A stretch of DNA of 57,209 nucleotides, filler included, from Sphacelaria rigidula (lineage: Eukaryota): the NCBI GenBank assembly GCA_964200075.2. It is 5 parts of 5 records of this genome, joined end to end, with 100 filler letters (N's around TTAATTAATTAA, not from the genome) between each part and the next. Parts side by side here need not be neighbours in the genome. Positions count along the whole stretch, not along the records: positions 11,466 to 22,830 come from CAXNAA020005021.1; positions 22,931 to 34,291 come from CAXNAA020005022.1; 3 more parts are not named here. One strand, 5' to 3'. Shown here in pieces: positions 12,621 through 24,709 of the stretch; position 1 is the stretch's first letter, and every line of letters begins with the position of its first letter. A model generated the notes under the pieces. The model had not been told where the DNA came from, did no database searches, and worked only from the letters and a program-made list of their open reading frames with translations. Position numbers and translations under genes: made by a program.

Positions 12621-15600
12621 ATGTATGATTTCCACCGTGGAAACGTGAGAACGTGGGTAAAGCGAAATATTCCCAATCAAGGGGATATGTGTTTCGTGCG
12701 AGCGAAAGAATTTCCAATCGCATCATTGAATCAAATTGAATCACCCATGAATCATGTTGCGTGTGTAATGACGAGTACCGAACAGGAACAGAATGGATCA
12801 GGGCTCGAGACGTCTGTATAGCTGATACCGAACATCGAAGCGATTGTCATTCAACACCCTGAGAGAATGGTGGGCAGACGTAGTAGCAGGCGTGCAGAAC
12901 GGCGGCCTGAGCATCCAGCCATCTTACTGTTCGATTGCAGGTAGTACTAGTGTTGAAGGTGGTACACCTGGAACACATACTTTGCGCTGTGAGCAGTCGG
13001 AGAGAGGTCGCATCTTTCTGCCAGTTGGCGTTGTCAGTTTTTCTTCGTGACCACTTACATTCGGGGTGGCTGGCATTTTTGGAAAAATGCTTCCCCTCCC
13101 CACACCTGCCCTGTGCACAGGGCTTTTATTAATGCACAAATTCGAAAGCCGAGTACAAACAAAATAGTCGACTGGGTTCGAGTGACGTGAGTTGACGCGG
13201 TGCGGAAGTGCTGGTCATAACCCAATCCGCGAGACCAAAATGCAAGGCACGTACCGGGGGAGAGATGGGTTGATTCCTCAAGACCACGGACTCATCCCGA
13301 GGAAAGGGAGGGGTTAAAAGTGTGAGAAAAAAAACAAACTCTGCAATCATTATACGATGTGAAAAAAAATCGCAGCACGCTCCTGATAGCCACCGTGTTC
13401 AACCCACACAGCGCCCTGGGCGCCATTCGCTTTCAAACACCTGCGGCTTCAACACCCACCTGCGGCATCAAGCAACATATCCTTAAAGTTTCACCATCAT
13501 CAGACACGCGTTGCGGTGTGCCTGGCGGTACAACCTTCAAAGGTACCGTCTCCATATCATGAAAAGGAAATAGCACTGCACAGATAAAAACTCACCACTC
13601 ACCACTCACCATGTGGGCCAATTGGTGACTCCGAAAACAAAAATTGATGCAGAAAAGGATCCAATTCAGAGAAAAGTCCACATGCTGAGAAGAAAAGATT
13701 GCCTTATTTACACTTAAAACTGTTGGAAAGGGTTAGAAAGCCGAAACCCTAGGTAGAGCAACCGGCAATACCCGCAGCCATGATTTCAGTGATGGAAAAA
13801 AACGGATTATTCCCCACGAGTGTGTTGGGTTCATTTCCGGTCATTTTTTCCTGCCCGAACGAAAAGGAAATATAGAAATATCACAGGGGGTGATACGACC
13901 ATTTCGTTGCTGAAAAGGTGATCGGCAGACATTGCTGTCTATTATACCTTGCTTTCAGAGCCTTCTTTGAAGTAATGGCAGATGAGCGTGGGAACATGTA
14001 TAAACCCTCTGGGTGGGTGTTTGATGTTTGGTTGTGGCGGATAGAACTGGATGGGATTGTCGTTGTTGAGCGGGGTTTTGGACAAGGGGAAAACAAAACC
14101 CAGCGAAATCCGCTTGAATAACGAACGGGTGGGGGGAAAATTCGTGGAAATTCCGCCACTTTTGGTGAGAGGCTCCTGGTCGCTTATGCCAACAGTCATG
14201 GTTGTCGGCCTGTTGCCAGTACACATAAACTACTGTGGGTATTATCAACGGAGGACCGTGTGGTCGTTGGTATACTGTGTGCATGAACGCTAGAATCAAC
14301 GTATAAAGCTGAAAACCAGTTAGTGCTCATGGATGCAAGTGCTCATCAAATAACATGAGGGTGCAGGGATACTGGATAAGCCATGTTGGTGCTTGCAGTC
14401 ACCACAACCCACCCTTTCACTAACACCTTCCGTCCCCGATCTCCGTTCATTTCCGGACCATGACTCCTAGGGAATGAAAGGAAAGTTGCCTAGATCAACA
14501 GGGTGGGGGCAACGGGCGGCCCGAGAACGGACATCATGCATGCGGTGAAGAAACCGATGGAAGGACGCGGCTTCAGAGTCTATTTTAATACAGAAAATAC
14601 CAGGGTATCTTGCGATTACAGATCGCATTTCGCAAAACTGGCTACTGACTGTCTCAAATTAGAGGGCGACGTATGCTCAGTCTTTCCGTCGCTCGATCGG
14701 CATATTACGCAGCTTGAAGAAGCGCGATCTAGCAAGATGCTCCAAGGTATTATTTTTTGAACCATTATGAGCTCTGTATATATATCGCGTCCTCCCGTCG
14801 GTTTCTTCGATCCCTCATGATCCCGTTTTTTTTAAGCCGCTCGTCGCCTCCTGTACTTGTGTACGTGTCGGGTGTGTCCATGATTGAGCGTTCCCTGCAT
14901 GAAAATCCACATCTTTGGAAAAAGTCGATGCGCCAGAAGTGACGGCGAAGTGGCGCGAAATGCTGTGTTACCCTCAAAATTCTCCAGAGGTCCCTCCGAA
15001 GAGGCCGCCATTGCCGCCGATAGCGGCCGCCAAAAAGCCTCCGGCCAGAGTGGCACATGTCAATGCGCCCGTTCAGTCTATCGAGTAAAGAAATTATCAG
15101 AGGAATGAGGCGCCCTTTGCTACTTTCTGAGTTTTGAACTTTAAATTTAAATTGCGTTTAATTTGTTCGTTGTTTGGGATTTGTTGGGGTTGTTGGTTGA
15201 GAGTGGTTGGGGTTGGATTATTATTTTTTGGGGAAAAGCTTGGGAAAAGGGAAAACAATAATAGGTGCGACGCGTGATGAAGAAATTCCACGAGTCAAAA
15301 CCTCTCGGGTACTGTAATATTTCCACCGTGACATGTATGCCAGCCCTAGCCCTGCGTAGCGTTAGCGCTACTGCAAGCGCTGTGCTTTTGCCGTCGGTTT
15401 GCTGTGAGGTAGATTCTGCTACTGAATGTACAGTTGGTTACGCAGCGCGCTAGCGGCAACGCAACCATCGCAAACAGCGAGCGATAAGCGTCGTCATGGA
15501 AGCAATTTGTCCGCACAGGAACCGAAATACGCCAGACGTCGAATTTTGAAAACAAAAGACAACAAAGAGGGGCCTTCCCTTCGCATCACCCCCAAATACG

Positions 15601-17434
15601 TGCGATGCAGACCTATACCTATTATTCCTTACTGTTCTTCGTGCTACATAGTGCTTTGAGAAGCTACCTGCTGTATGTTGGACCACGCTACAGTAATACC
15701 CGGCTACTGACTACCACTGCGTCTCTGTTGTGTGAAATTCGAATCACTGTCCTGTCCTGTCTGTAGTACGCGTGACGTCAACCTCCTGCTAGAGACAGCC
15801 CAAAACCGACAAATGCCAAACACCTGCCAATCCGGAGGTGAGGATGTCTCCCTGAGAGTTTGAAGCGTGTTCCGCGCCTTCTCGTAGTCGAACTGCCATT
15901 CTTTAGCGAAGGAAGTCATCGTTCACTGCCGTTCTGCAGCCCCCCCCCCCTGCCTAACCCCTTCTCGTCAACTTTCGCACACTACAGCAGTACAGTAATC
16001 AGTAATCAAAACAAGAGCTTGCTGCTAAAAGTATTCCGAAAAACGACTCTTTTGCTGTGACGTGTACCGCGTATAGCTCTTGTCATACTTTATGATATTT
16101 TGCCACAAACAAGGAACAAGACGCCAAACAATCGAATCCTACCATGTCGCAATGTATACTGGTAATAAAGCCCTACAAGCACGCTTAATATCCTTGACCT
16201 AGAATGCCACCATATGACTGCTTCGATAAAAACAAGCGACATAGAAAAAGTTATTCCGAAACGACGCTTTTCCGACGGTATGAATCGCGTAACGATTAAG
16301 CCATGCTCAAACGAAACGATTTTAACAACCGCCCACCTCTGCCCAACCTCACCGGAGAGCACTGCCGTATAGCGGCCCTGCCCAGCCACACGACTTCCAC
16401 CTTGTCTGTGAACCCTGCTTGTTTTCCACGCGCCGGGAAGTTTCCTGCTGCCTCGTTAGGGTCGTAAAGGCTGTGGGAATTCGGTGACTGACACCATCTC
16501 CGCTCTGTGAGGAGGTTGCGCTTGCGCTGCTGTCTGTTCTGTTCATCTCTCGGTGAGTGCTGTTAGTAAGCAAGATGCAGAGATGGGACGGCAAGAAGGC
16601 GGAGACGGGGAGTGCAGTGCAGTCTAGCCACATTCTTCAGGATGTAACACCGGGCTTCAGTTGAGCCGCTGGTGTATACTTCAGTCACTTGTGGGCAAGT
16701 GGGAGCCCTAGCTATCACAACGAAGCGGAAAACAAATGGTTTCAGGCGTGCAGACCTGGACAATAAAAAGCAAAGCAGGTAGAATGGGCAGCTTCGAAAA
16801 AGTGTACTGAAAAATCACTGAAATAATAACCCCCGCATCTCCCATGTGGGATCTACACAGTAGTACAGACAGAACGGCATTACAGACAGCATGGGTCACG
16901 TGGTCTCAGGGAAAGTTGGCCACCTGCCCCTGTACATTGGCACCACTGACTGTGCCGGTGGACTATCCGCTCTACAAGAGAAGAGCTATGTCGACCACTG
17001 CATACCTCAGACACCGGGTGCATGCCTCGCGCACGCGCATCGTATCCAGTGCAAGACGTACCGGGTGATTGATGCTTGTGCAGCTTTGCTCTCACCTGCT
17101 TGCCTGTCGCGTGGTCTCTATCACCCGTTTGCGCCGGGGCCTCTTTTGAAGTGCTCTTTATTTTTCATATAAACCGAATACTTTTGAAACCCGAAATCTC
17201 ACGTAGTTTTCACTTTCTCCAATGACAGCTGACAATATAGTCGGTACGGCAGGACAGTTTCGACATGTAAACGCCGACTTGTAACAGTACTGCACACGTG
17301 GCAGCCATTGCTCGTCTCGTCCTGCATATCGCTGAACCACTGCGTGCCGGTCGTCTGTGTTGCACTTTTTCGTTGCTTTGCGCGTGTCTCGCTGTCCGGT
17401 TAGCTCCCCCGTTAGAACCGAACAAGAGAATATC

Positions 17435-20400
17435 ATGTCGGACTATGCGACGGAGCTTTTGAGGCGACAGCTCCAGGGTGAGTTCTTTTTTGTGGCAGGA
17501 CCCTTCTGAATGCTTGCTGCACAGAAGCAGCCAGGTGACGACGAAGTGACTCCCTTTGCGCTGATTAATCCCAGGAGAACCCGTTTGCGGCGTTGGGTTG
17601 ATGTTTACGGCGTACGCAGGCAAACGCCCTATCCTGAACGTCACTTTTAAGTGGAACATGATACTGATTCAACTCGAGGCACCTAGTTGGTCCAAGAGTG
17701 ACCAAGTGAGTTGATGCGGGGAGTATCCAAATGCTCTGTAGTCGGTCGAAGACATCATGATATCTTCATAAGTGTTAACTGCAACTACGGTGGCCTGGCA
17801 GTGAAGGTGCCGTCGATCGATGACTTCCATGACGTTGAATAACATGGACCCTGAATTGCCAAAGTCGGGTTTCCAGGGTGTATATATTTGCTCCTTCTGA
17901 CATAAGAGGCAGCCTCAGGCTGGTTGTTCCGAGAATTCAATTTCTTATTCCACAAAAGCATCGTTCTCCGTGTAGTTCTCCGAAGCTCGTTTACCGGCGT
18001 TGGGCTACAAATGTTCATGGGTGACACGATGTTACAAGCATCGCTACTACTAACCCTATTCCCAACCCAACACATACCGAGAACCCTCGGGCAAGGGCGG
18101 TACATACCTTCCCCAGGCAAAATGCAGCCTTGGTAGATCCCAAATCGGCACCTGTGGCGCCGATTTCAACGAAAACGCGCTCTACGCGCGTGAGAAGCAC
18201 ACGGGACTGTCAGCCCTACTGAAGATCCGATTCTCGTTCTGTACACTCCAATCGAGTAATATCAACCATGAACATTTGTATCCCAACGTCAGTAAACTCT
18301 ACTGCTTCCTCCACACACCTTTACAGTCCCAAGCACATCGCGTGAGTCGGACTCGTTCAAGACATCTTTAATAACTCGTGGCCCTTGGTAATGACGAACA
18401 TCAATGACTCCCGGACTTGAGTCGTACGGGTTATCAAATCTTCCATGACTCAGGTCCCGGGGGTATGACTGATGCTCATTTTTTTTTTTCGGAATAACCC
18501 ACTGTTAATCAAGTTGGAATCGTTTTTTCATTTTTTCCGAAACAACTTAATGGACTCGAGGTAGGTAGACTCGTCCTTACCTTTCCCGAATTACTCGTCG
18601 TGAAGCCTAGACTTCGGCCCGTCCTGATATTTGTTGACGTTCGTTTCGTAGTTGTCTTCTTCCACCGAGATGACTCGCACGACTCGAGTCTTATTCAAAG
18701 CAGAAGTATATTCGGGGTAATCCAAAGCACATTAACCTGTTGGAGTACACAAAGCGGAGCTCCGGCTGCAAGGCTTGATGAAGGCAATATGTGGATCTGG
18801 TTTGAGTGAGACGGTGACAAGAACCTCACATGAGGGTGATGCAGCCTCATAAGTCCATGATACAGTGTACTGCACGGTCTGCTAGTACACCCTGCGGTTG
18901 GCACTGCATTTTCGGTTTCCGTTTTGTATGGATATACAAGACTGCACGGGCCGCACATTATCGTCTAAACGGTTTTGTGGAGTGAGGCGCTCTTCGTGAG
19001 GATCTGACCCCCCCTAGATCGGCTCGGCTGTCGTCAGCTGTTGATCATTATGGGTCCAACTATTATACTAGCGCCATTTCGGTTTCGACATTTTCAACAG
19101 ATCGACTACCCTTGCAGTAGTCCATCGGGACCATGCGATTTTTTTTCAAGTTAAACTGACTCAACCGATGGCCCACTCTTGCTGTCTATGGCCTCATCTG
19201 CTTGGAAGATACCCACATGCCTCAAAACGGGAATCTACGAGTATAGTAGTTTTCATCTGAAATGGCAGATTTTCGCAATTTTTTCGTAGTCGGCGATTTT
19301 CAATGGTTTTTTCGCGCGCCATCACCTATCGCTGCGAGCAGTCGACCCCAACGTTTGGGAGTCGTGGGGAAACTAGGCATCCGCTCCACATTTCGGAACA
19401 AAGACCGTCTCTACGCTCAATATTGAACCACCTCCGAGCTGACTTGACAGGGGGTGTGATTGACCTTTTTTGGTCCAAACCACATTCCTTTTCTGCTCTA
19501 GCACAATGAAAAGGTGAAAACAAACGACGTAAAAGTCCGTGAAATCATTTGTTGGAGTGATCGGAATTGGTTCACCCCCGCTTGTGGTATTCTGAGCTCG
19601 GCTGGGCAATTTTCGTTTTTGGGTACTTGTTTACATTTTCTCGTGTGGTATCCGTCCTTGGCGCAAAAAAGTCCTAGCGTCGATAGATAGCGGGAGCAGA
19701 GGCAGGTCGTGCCCAGGACACAATCGTCAATTGTTGTTGTCGAGATGATACGGAGTAAGTACCTTGTTCATCAGGGCGTGTTAACGACCGTCACTGGTCC
19801 AAAAAACACGGTGTTCTGACTCTAGCGCATTCATTACATTGATGGAAATGAAAAAAACAAAAAGTCGTTTTCACTTATTCACAAATACGATTGGGATTGC
19901 TTCGATCAAGCAGAAATACTCAAGGATCAGAACCTGGGATTTGGTCGTCTTAAGACCCCCGGAAACCGGTCAGCCCGTTTATTGTTCACTGATGAGCGCG
20001 AATGTGATGTTTTGAAATTCGAGGGGATGCCTTGTATCTCCCGATCCCCGAACTTTGGGATCAAACGTTAACTGTGATGAGCGGTGGCGCGCAGAAGCAC
20101 TTTCGAATATCCCCGGCCACGAATAAACTAGAAAAATCCCCTACTTTGGATGTAAAGTACTGTACTTCAAACCAAGGCATCCAACATGGAAGCAAATCTC
20201 GTGGATCTTCGGTAAATTGAGTGCTGTGGCTGTCGATAATGGACCTCGAAAATGAACCCTAGTGACAATATGCGCTGTGCACCGTACGAATCAGACTCAC
20301 GAGTTGCTCATTCAAGTCCGTTTACTGATTTTTTGTCCCGGAGAAAGCTTCCTAATGAAGGAAAAAAATTCCGTGGGATGGTGTGTTTTATACCGTACGA

Positions 20401-22370
20401 CGTAATTACATCTTGTGGTTTTACTCCTCCCGGTGTTGATCCGATTCTGTCGCAGAGCTGAACAAAAATCCTCCTGAGGGAGTCTCCGTGGGGTTGACGG
20501 ATGACGATAACATGTTTATGTGGGAGCTGCTCATTGTGGGACCACCAGACACGGTAAGAAGCTCCAGGTTATCGTGTCGGCGGGTGGGATGCACAGGTTG
20601 GCACATGGGAGCGTTTTGCCACCTACGATTTTGTCTACCCACTTCATGTGCTGAGGAGCCCGTATAGTGTGTCTTGTAGGGCGGTTTCTTTCCTCACTGC
20701 GCTGTGATGTTCATTCACCTTTTCTGGCAGCGAAGTTTCACCGTTGTCTTGAGCTGCTATGTTCAGTGAGGGCTGCCGTATCGCTAAGCGCTCACAGGAC
20801 GAAGTACTTGAGAAGGAGTCGTTCCAAGCAGAGGTGCCGTCGCCACTGAAACCCTCGAATTACGGTACAGTGTCCCGTAGCAACATATTCCAACATGCCT
20901 TCGTGACATACGTGCGTTGCATGTGCATTTCCCCCATGCCGCGTGTCATCGTTTGATCTATTGATACCCCCCTCACCACGGCGTGAACAATGGGGATTAC
21001 TAGTTGTACGAAGGAGGCTTTTTCAAGGCGAAACTGGAATTTCCCAAGGACTTCCCCAATAACCCACCTACCATGACCTTCATCAGCGAGATGTTCCATC
21101 CAAACGGTGAGAGCGTGAACATGCTTAGGTTGAGATATATGTCATCCGCCTGGGTGCTAGACCTCGTTTCGGAACAATATCAGCGGCTCGCGATCAACGA
21201 GTTTCGATGCTAAAGCTGATGAGCTCCTCTGTACTCACCTCCTTCAATAATTGCATCTCATGGTGTCTAACAGGAGCAGCTGTCCCGTGTATTTCTCCCA
21301 GTGGTGAGCAAGTGGTCTACGCTGTGACTCGGTTCTCTAGTTGTGTTTCTCTTCTATATTTTATGAGTAGCATTAACTGGTTTATATGGACCTGCTTTTT
21401 CAAGTCATGAACGGTAAAAGCTGGTTCTCGGGACCTGTGGTACTGGCGTGTTCTCCTCAGGCTAGGACTTGACTTAGTTATCCGATAGCATCTACCTGTC
21501 GCTGTGCTCTTCTACTGTTTTTTTTTCTTGTGTTCGTGTGTAAGGCTTCAGCCAGTGCAGTCGTGGTGACAGTTTCGCCACTACCTTTGTTACGGCGGCT
21601 AGTGGTGATGTACCTGTGGTACGCGTATGATTGGCCATACCCCAACCTACCCGTGTTGGGTGAGGTCTCCTCTTTCCTCCAAGGAAAAAAATTGAAGACA
21701 AAAAAACGCGACCGATCCCCTTCTGCATGGAGCTACATGTGGGTCTTGTGTCGGGATGCAGCTTCTACAGGTCGCCTGATCTTTTCTTCGCCGGCGGGCT
21801 ACGAAGAAGTATATCGGCAGTCATTCGGATCATTTTCAACGTATCTGTATCCCATGTGCAAAGAATCGACTTGATCGTCGACGAGGGAAAGGGACTGCTG
21901 AATCCCTCCCGCAATAAAAAGAGAAGAGGCAAGCACCGCCGAAGGAAGGTGGAGAACGAGAGCAAACAACGAAGAAAAAACTGCCGTGTTGACCTTCCTT
22001 CCGTGTGACCCCGGCTGGTGCACCCACACATACCGAAAAGGGAGTAGACCGGCGTCCAGAATAGATGGGACAACACTCGTAAACATGGAGACCTCTCGCG
22101 AGGATTCGTGCACAAAGTTTTTGGAACCAAGGGTACATATTTGTGTCAGCTATTTTGCTCCGCGCGTTTCGTACGGGCAGCACAGCCTCTCAACGCCCCT
22201 CCGCCGTCATCCCTCCATGTTTTGATGCGTTGTTTTCTTGACCGACGTTTGCACGTGCTCCTGTGTGTTGCCTTTTTCTGTATGCAACGCGTCGCTTTCC
22301 AGTATACCCGGACGGCCGGGTGTGCATATCCATCCTGCACCCCCCGGGAGAAGATAAGTTCAACGAGCAG
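17435..22370 (+). CDS. UBC7: Ubiquitin-conjugating enzyme E2, UBE2G1/UBC7 family, 3'-partial (4 exons)
   Basis: Exons 17435-17477 ([17 protein letters not shown]), 20456-20553 ([25 protein letters not shown]), 21004-21106 ([13 protein letters not shown]), 22303-22370 ([23 protein letters not shown], with the catalytic Cys and the acidic-loop insertion of the Ubc7/Cdc34 class). Splice phases are consistent. Remaining exons were not found before the spacer at 22831. Confidence 0.95.
17989..18297 (+). mobile_element. MITE family D (about 310 bp, about 33-bp TIR)
   Basis: GTTTACCGGCGTTGGGCTACAAATGTTCATGG ... CCATGAACATTTGTATCCCAACGTCAGTAAAC. An inverted second copy lies at 25058-25366. Confidence 0.85.
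19244..20162. mobile_element. Non-autonomous Tc1/mariner(pogo)-type element with about 200-bp imperfect TIRs (family C)
   Basis: TA|TAGTAG ... TACTG|TA termini. Left and right arms are diverged reverse complements. The internal segment AGTCCTAGCGTCGA..GCAGGTCGTGC.CAGGACACAAT is shared with 35244-36101. Confidence 0.75.
21850..22075 (+). mobile_element. SINE body without recognisable tRNA head
   Basis: GTCGACGAGGGAAAGGGACTGCTG..GGCAAGCACCGCCGAAGGAAGG..GGCGTCCAGAATAGATGGGAC. Confidence 0.7.
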
Positions 22371-22548
22371 GTGAGTCTCGATGAATGAAAAATAAATAAA
22401 TCAGGAACCCACGGTTGCGTTCAAGCTTCATCGTTTTCTACATGAACCGATCTCTGGCGGACCCCGCGCCGCCCGGTTCTCAACGGATGTATGTCGCCGT
22501 CGGATCCGATTTCATGGACGACTTTTCTTGGTTTTCATGTGGAGATTC

Positions 22549-22712
22549 CAAGGGTCTGACGACTAGCGATTGGTCTAAAAAGTATTTGCTTCTAATGTAA
22601 TTGATTCGTCCCGTACGCACCAATCAATCGTTGGGCGTCGTTTTCAGCGTTGCACTGCACCCCAGGTACGGCGCACACCCCAGGCGTCTGGAATGGCGCG
22701 AAATTTGCCAAC
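22549..22712 (+). mobile_element. MITE family B, diverged partial copy
   Basis: Begins CAAGGGTCTGACGA and contains AATTGATTCGTCCCGTACG and GTTTTCAGCGTTGCA. Confidence 0.65.
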
Positions 22713-24709
22713 GGCGGTAACCCGCCGCGGCGCGGTGGTTTTCACCGCCAAACATGGTCTTCTGTCGTTTGCGTTTCGCCCGAATACATCTTTCTTGTTG
22801 TGATTGCTTTACCTGGATATATTACCAGTANNNNNNNNNNNNNNNNNNNNNNNNNNNNNNNNNNNNNNNNNNNNTTAATTAATTAANNNNNNNNNNNNNN
22901 NNNNNNNNNNNNNNNNNNNNNNNNNNNNNNCCCCACTTCCATTTGAACTCTACCGGATTTTTCTTATCTTCGTTACAGACGAGTACCGCGCATTTGTTGA
23001 CGGGGGGGGGGGGAAGGGGCATTAAAAGGGGTCGTTATGAGGTAAACAAAGTATCGACTCATTTCTTTCAAACGGTGTTGGTCAGGACCCGAGATCTTGA
23101 AGTGCTTAACGTGACCGTGAGCAAAGGCTAGTGTCATAAAGAGTGGAGTAGCTTATGCACTGGCTGGGGTCTCTCAGTATGAGTGCCAGGAGATACCATG
23201 GTGCCAACCCACCAAGCTCCCACGTGGGCAACCTCACACAGACCTAGCTATCATCCATGTTAGACTGTTGATTAAGAACTCACGTGTTTCATAGCCTCAT
23301 GTTTTATCTACAAGCAGCTCTCTTACTCAGTACAGCCGCAGGGCAGCCATAGGAGCAGAGCGTAGTGATGGCCCAGGGTAGACCACGGCAAGGGCAGTAA
23401 CTGATCAAGATGGGGCGACGCGGCCTGCGGCCGCGGATGAACAACCCTAACTAATGACAGTAGCAAACGCGATAACAACGCGTCACGGAATCCAGGGTCT
23501 ACGAGCAGACCCGCACAGCGTACATCTTGCAACGCCTCTGAGCTTCATCACACTAGCCCATCCTAGACGAGTCCTTATGCAGTTGAATTACATCACCTCG
23601 GCACAATGTAATTACGCCGAGGAACTTCAAAATTCAACGAGAAAGGGCTCTTCTACACTACACTCGTACGAAAGCATGAAGCGAAGAAAAAGTAATCTCT
23701 CTCTCACACCTTTAAAAGGCGAGCATCGCTGCGATCCGACACATCATCGAACGTTCAGTCCACAAGAAGGGAAACGTTGTATATACGTAACACTCACGCA
23801 CCTATGTTGAACAAGACAACACACACGCAAGTCCATCTACAACGTAAAGCACTAAATGGCACGCACGCGTAGACTTTCATCTACAAACGGAACAAGAATT
23901 GAATGCCAGACAATCGGGACTACGCAGCAACAGGGAGATATAATGGGGGATGCAGCCGATTGTACAGCTGCACGTGGTCATCTGTGGCACGGTCGAGAAA
24001 ATAAGATCAGATGGTACGACTACAAATGGGTGGTAGCGTGGTGTGAACGCGAGGTCCGGTCTAATAGTTGGTCCCCTGTCCACGAGTATTTGTAATATTT
24101 TCGCTCGATGACCATTCTCCCTAGATCCAGATGTCCGTGTTCAACATCACTGCCGGTTGACATTCCAGCCAAGTCGCGATATTCGGTCGGAGGGCGAGCT
24201 GTGCGCCTGCCCAGATCGAAGGAAATGTAAGTATCGAAGAGATCAATCGGATGACGGAAGTTTTTGCGAAGACTCAATACTGCTTATCTCTCGACTTTTG
24301 AGAGAGGGATTCTACGATTTGGGGGCGGCGGGGCCTTCTTTTTTCGCAGAAACTCCTTGGTGAATTCACCAACTCCCTCAACGAAACTGTGAATTGACGC
24401 CTGTTTCGTTTCGCAGTTCTCGTCTCTAACCCTTACCCCGGAAAGGGGGATGTTTTGAACCCGTTCTTGCGAAAGAGCTACATTGAAGCGTCGCTGATAG
24501 CAACACATGTCAGTTTACTGCATCTGGTATGAGCACAACGTACGCATTCATATCGCTTAGGAACGTTTTCGCCCGCATACAAGCCTATGACGAGTGCTGG
24601 AGGTCGCCAAACACAACGACGAACGCCACGCGTTCGTGCAATTAACACACACACGCGCCCTTTCATAGGATCACGGAGCATGGTTCGAGCATATTGCATG
24701 CCACCCCAC

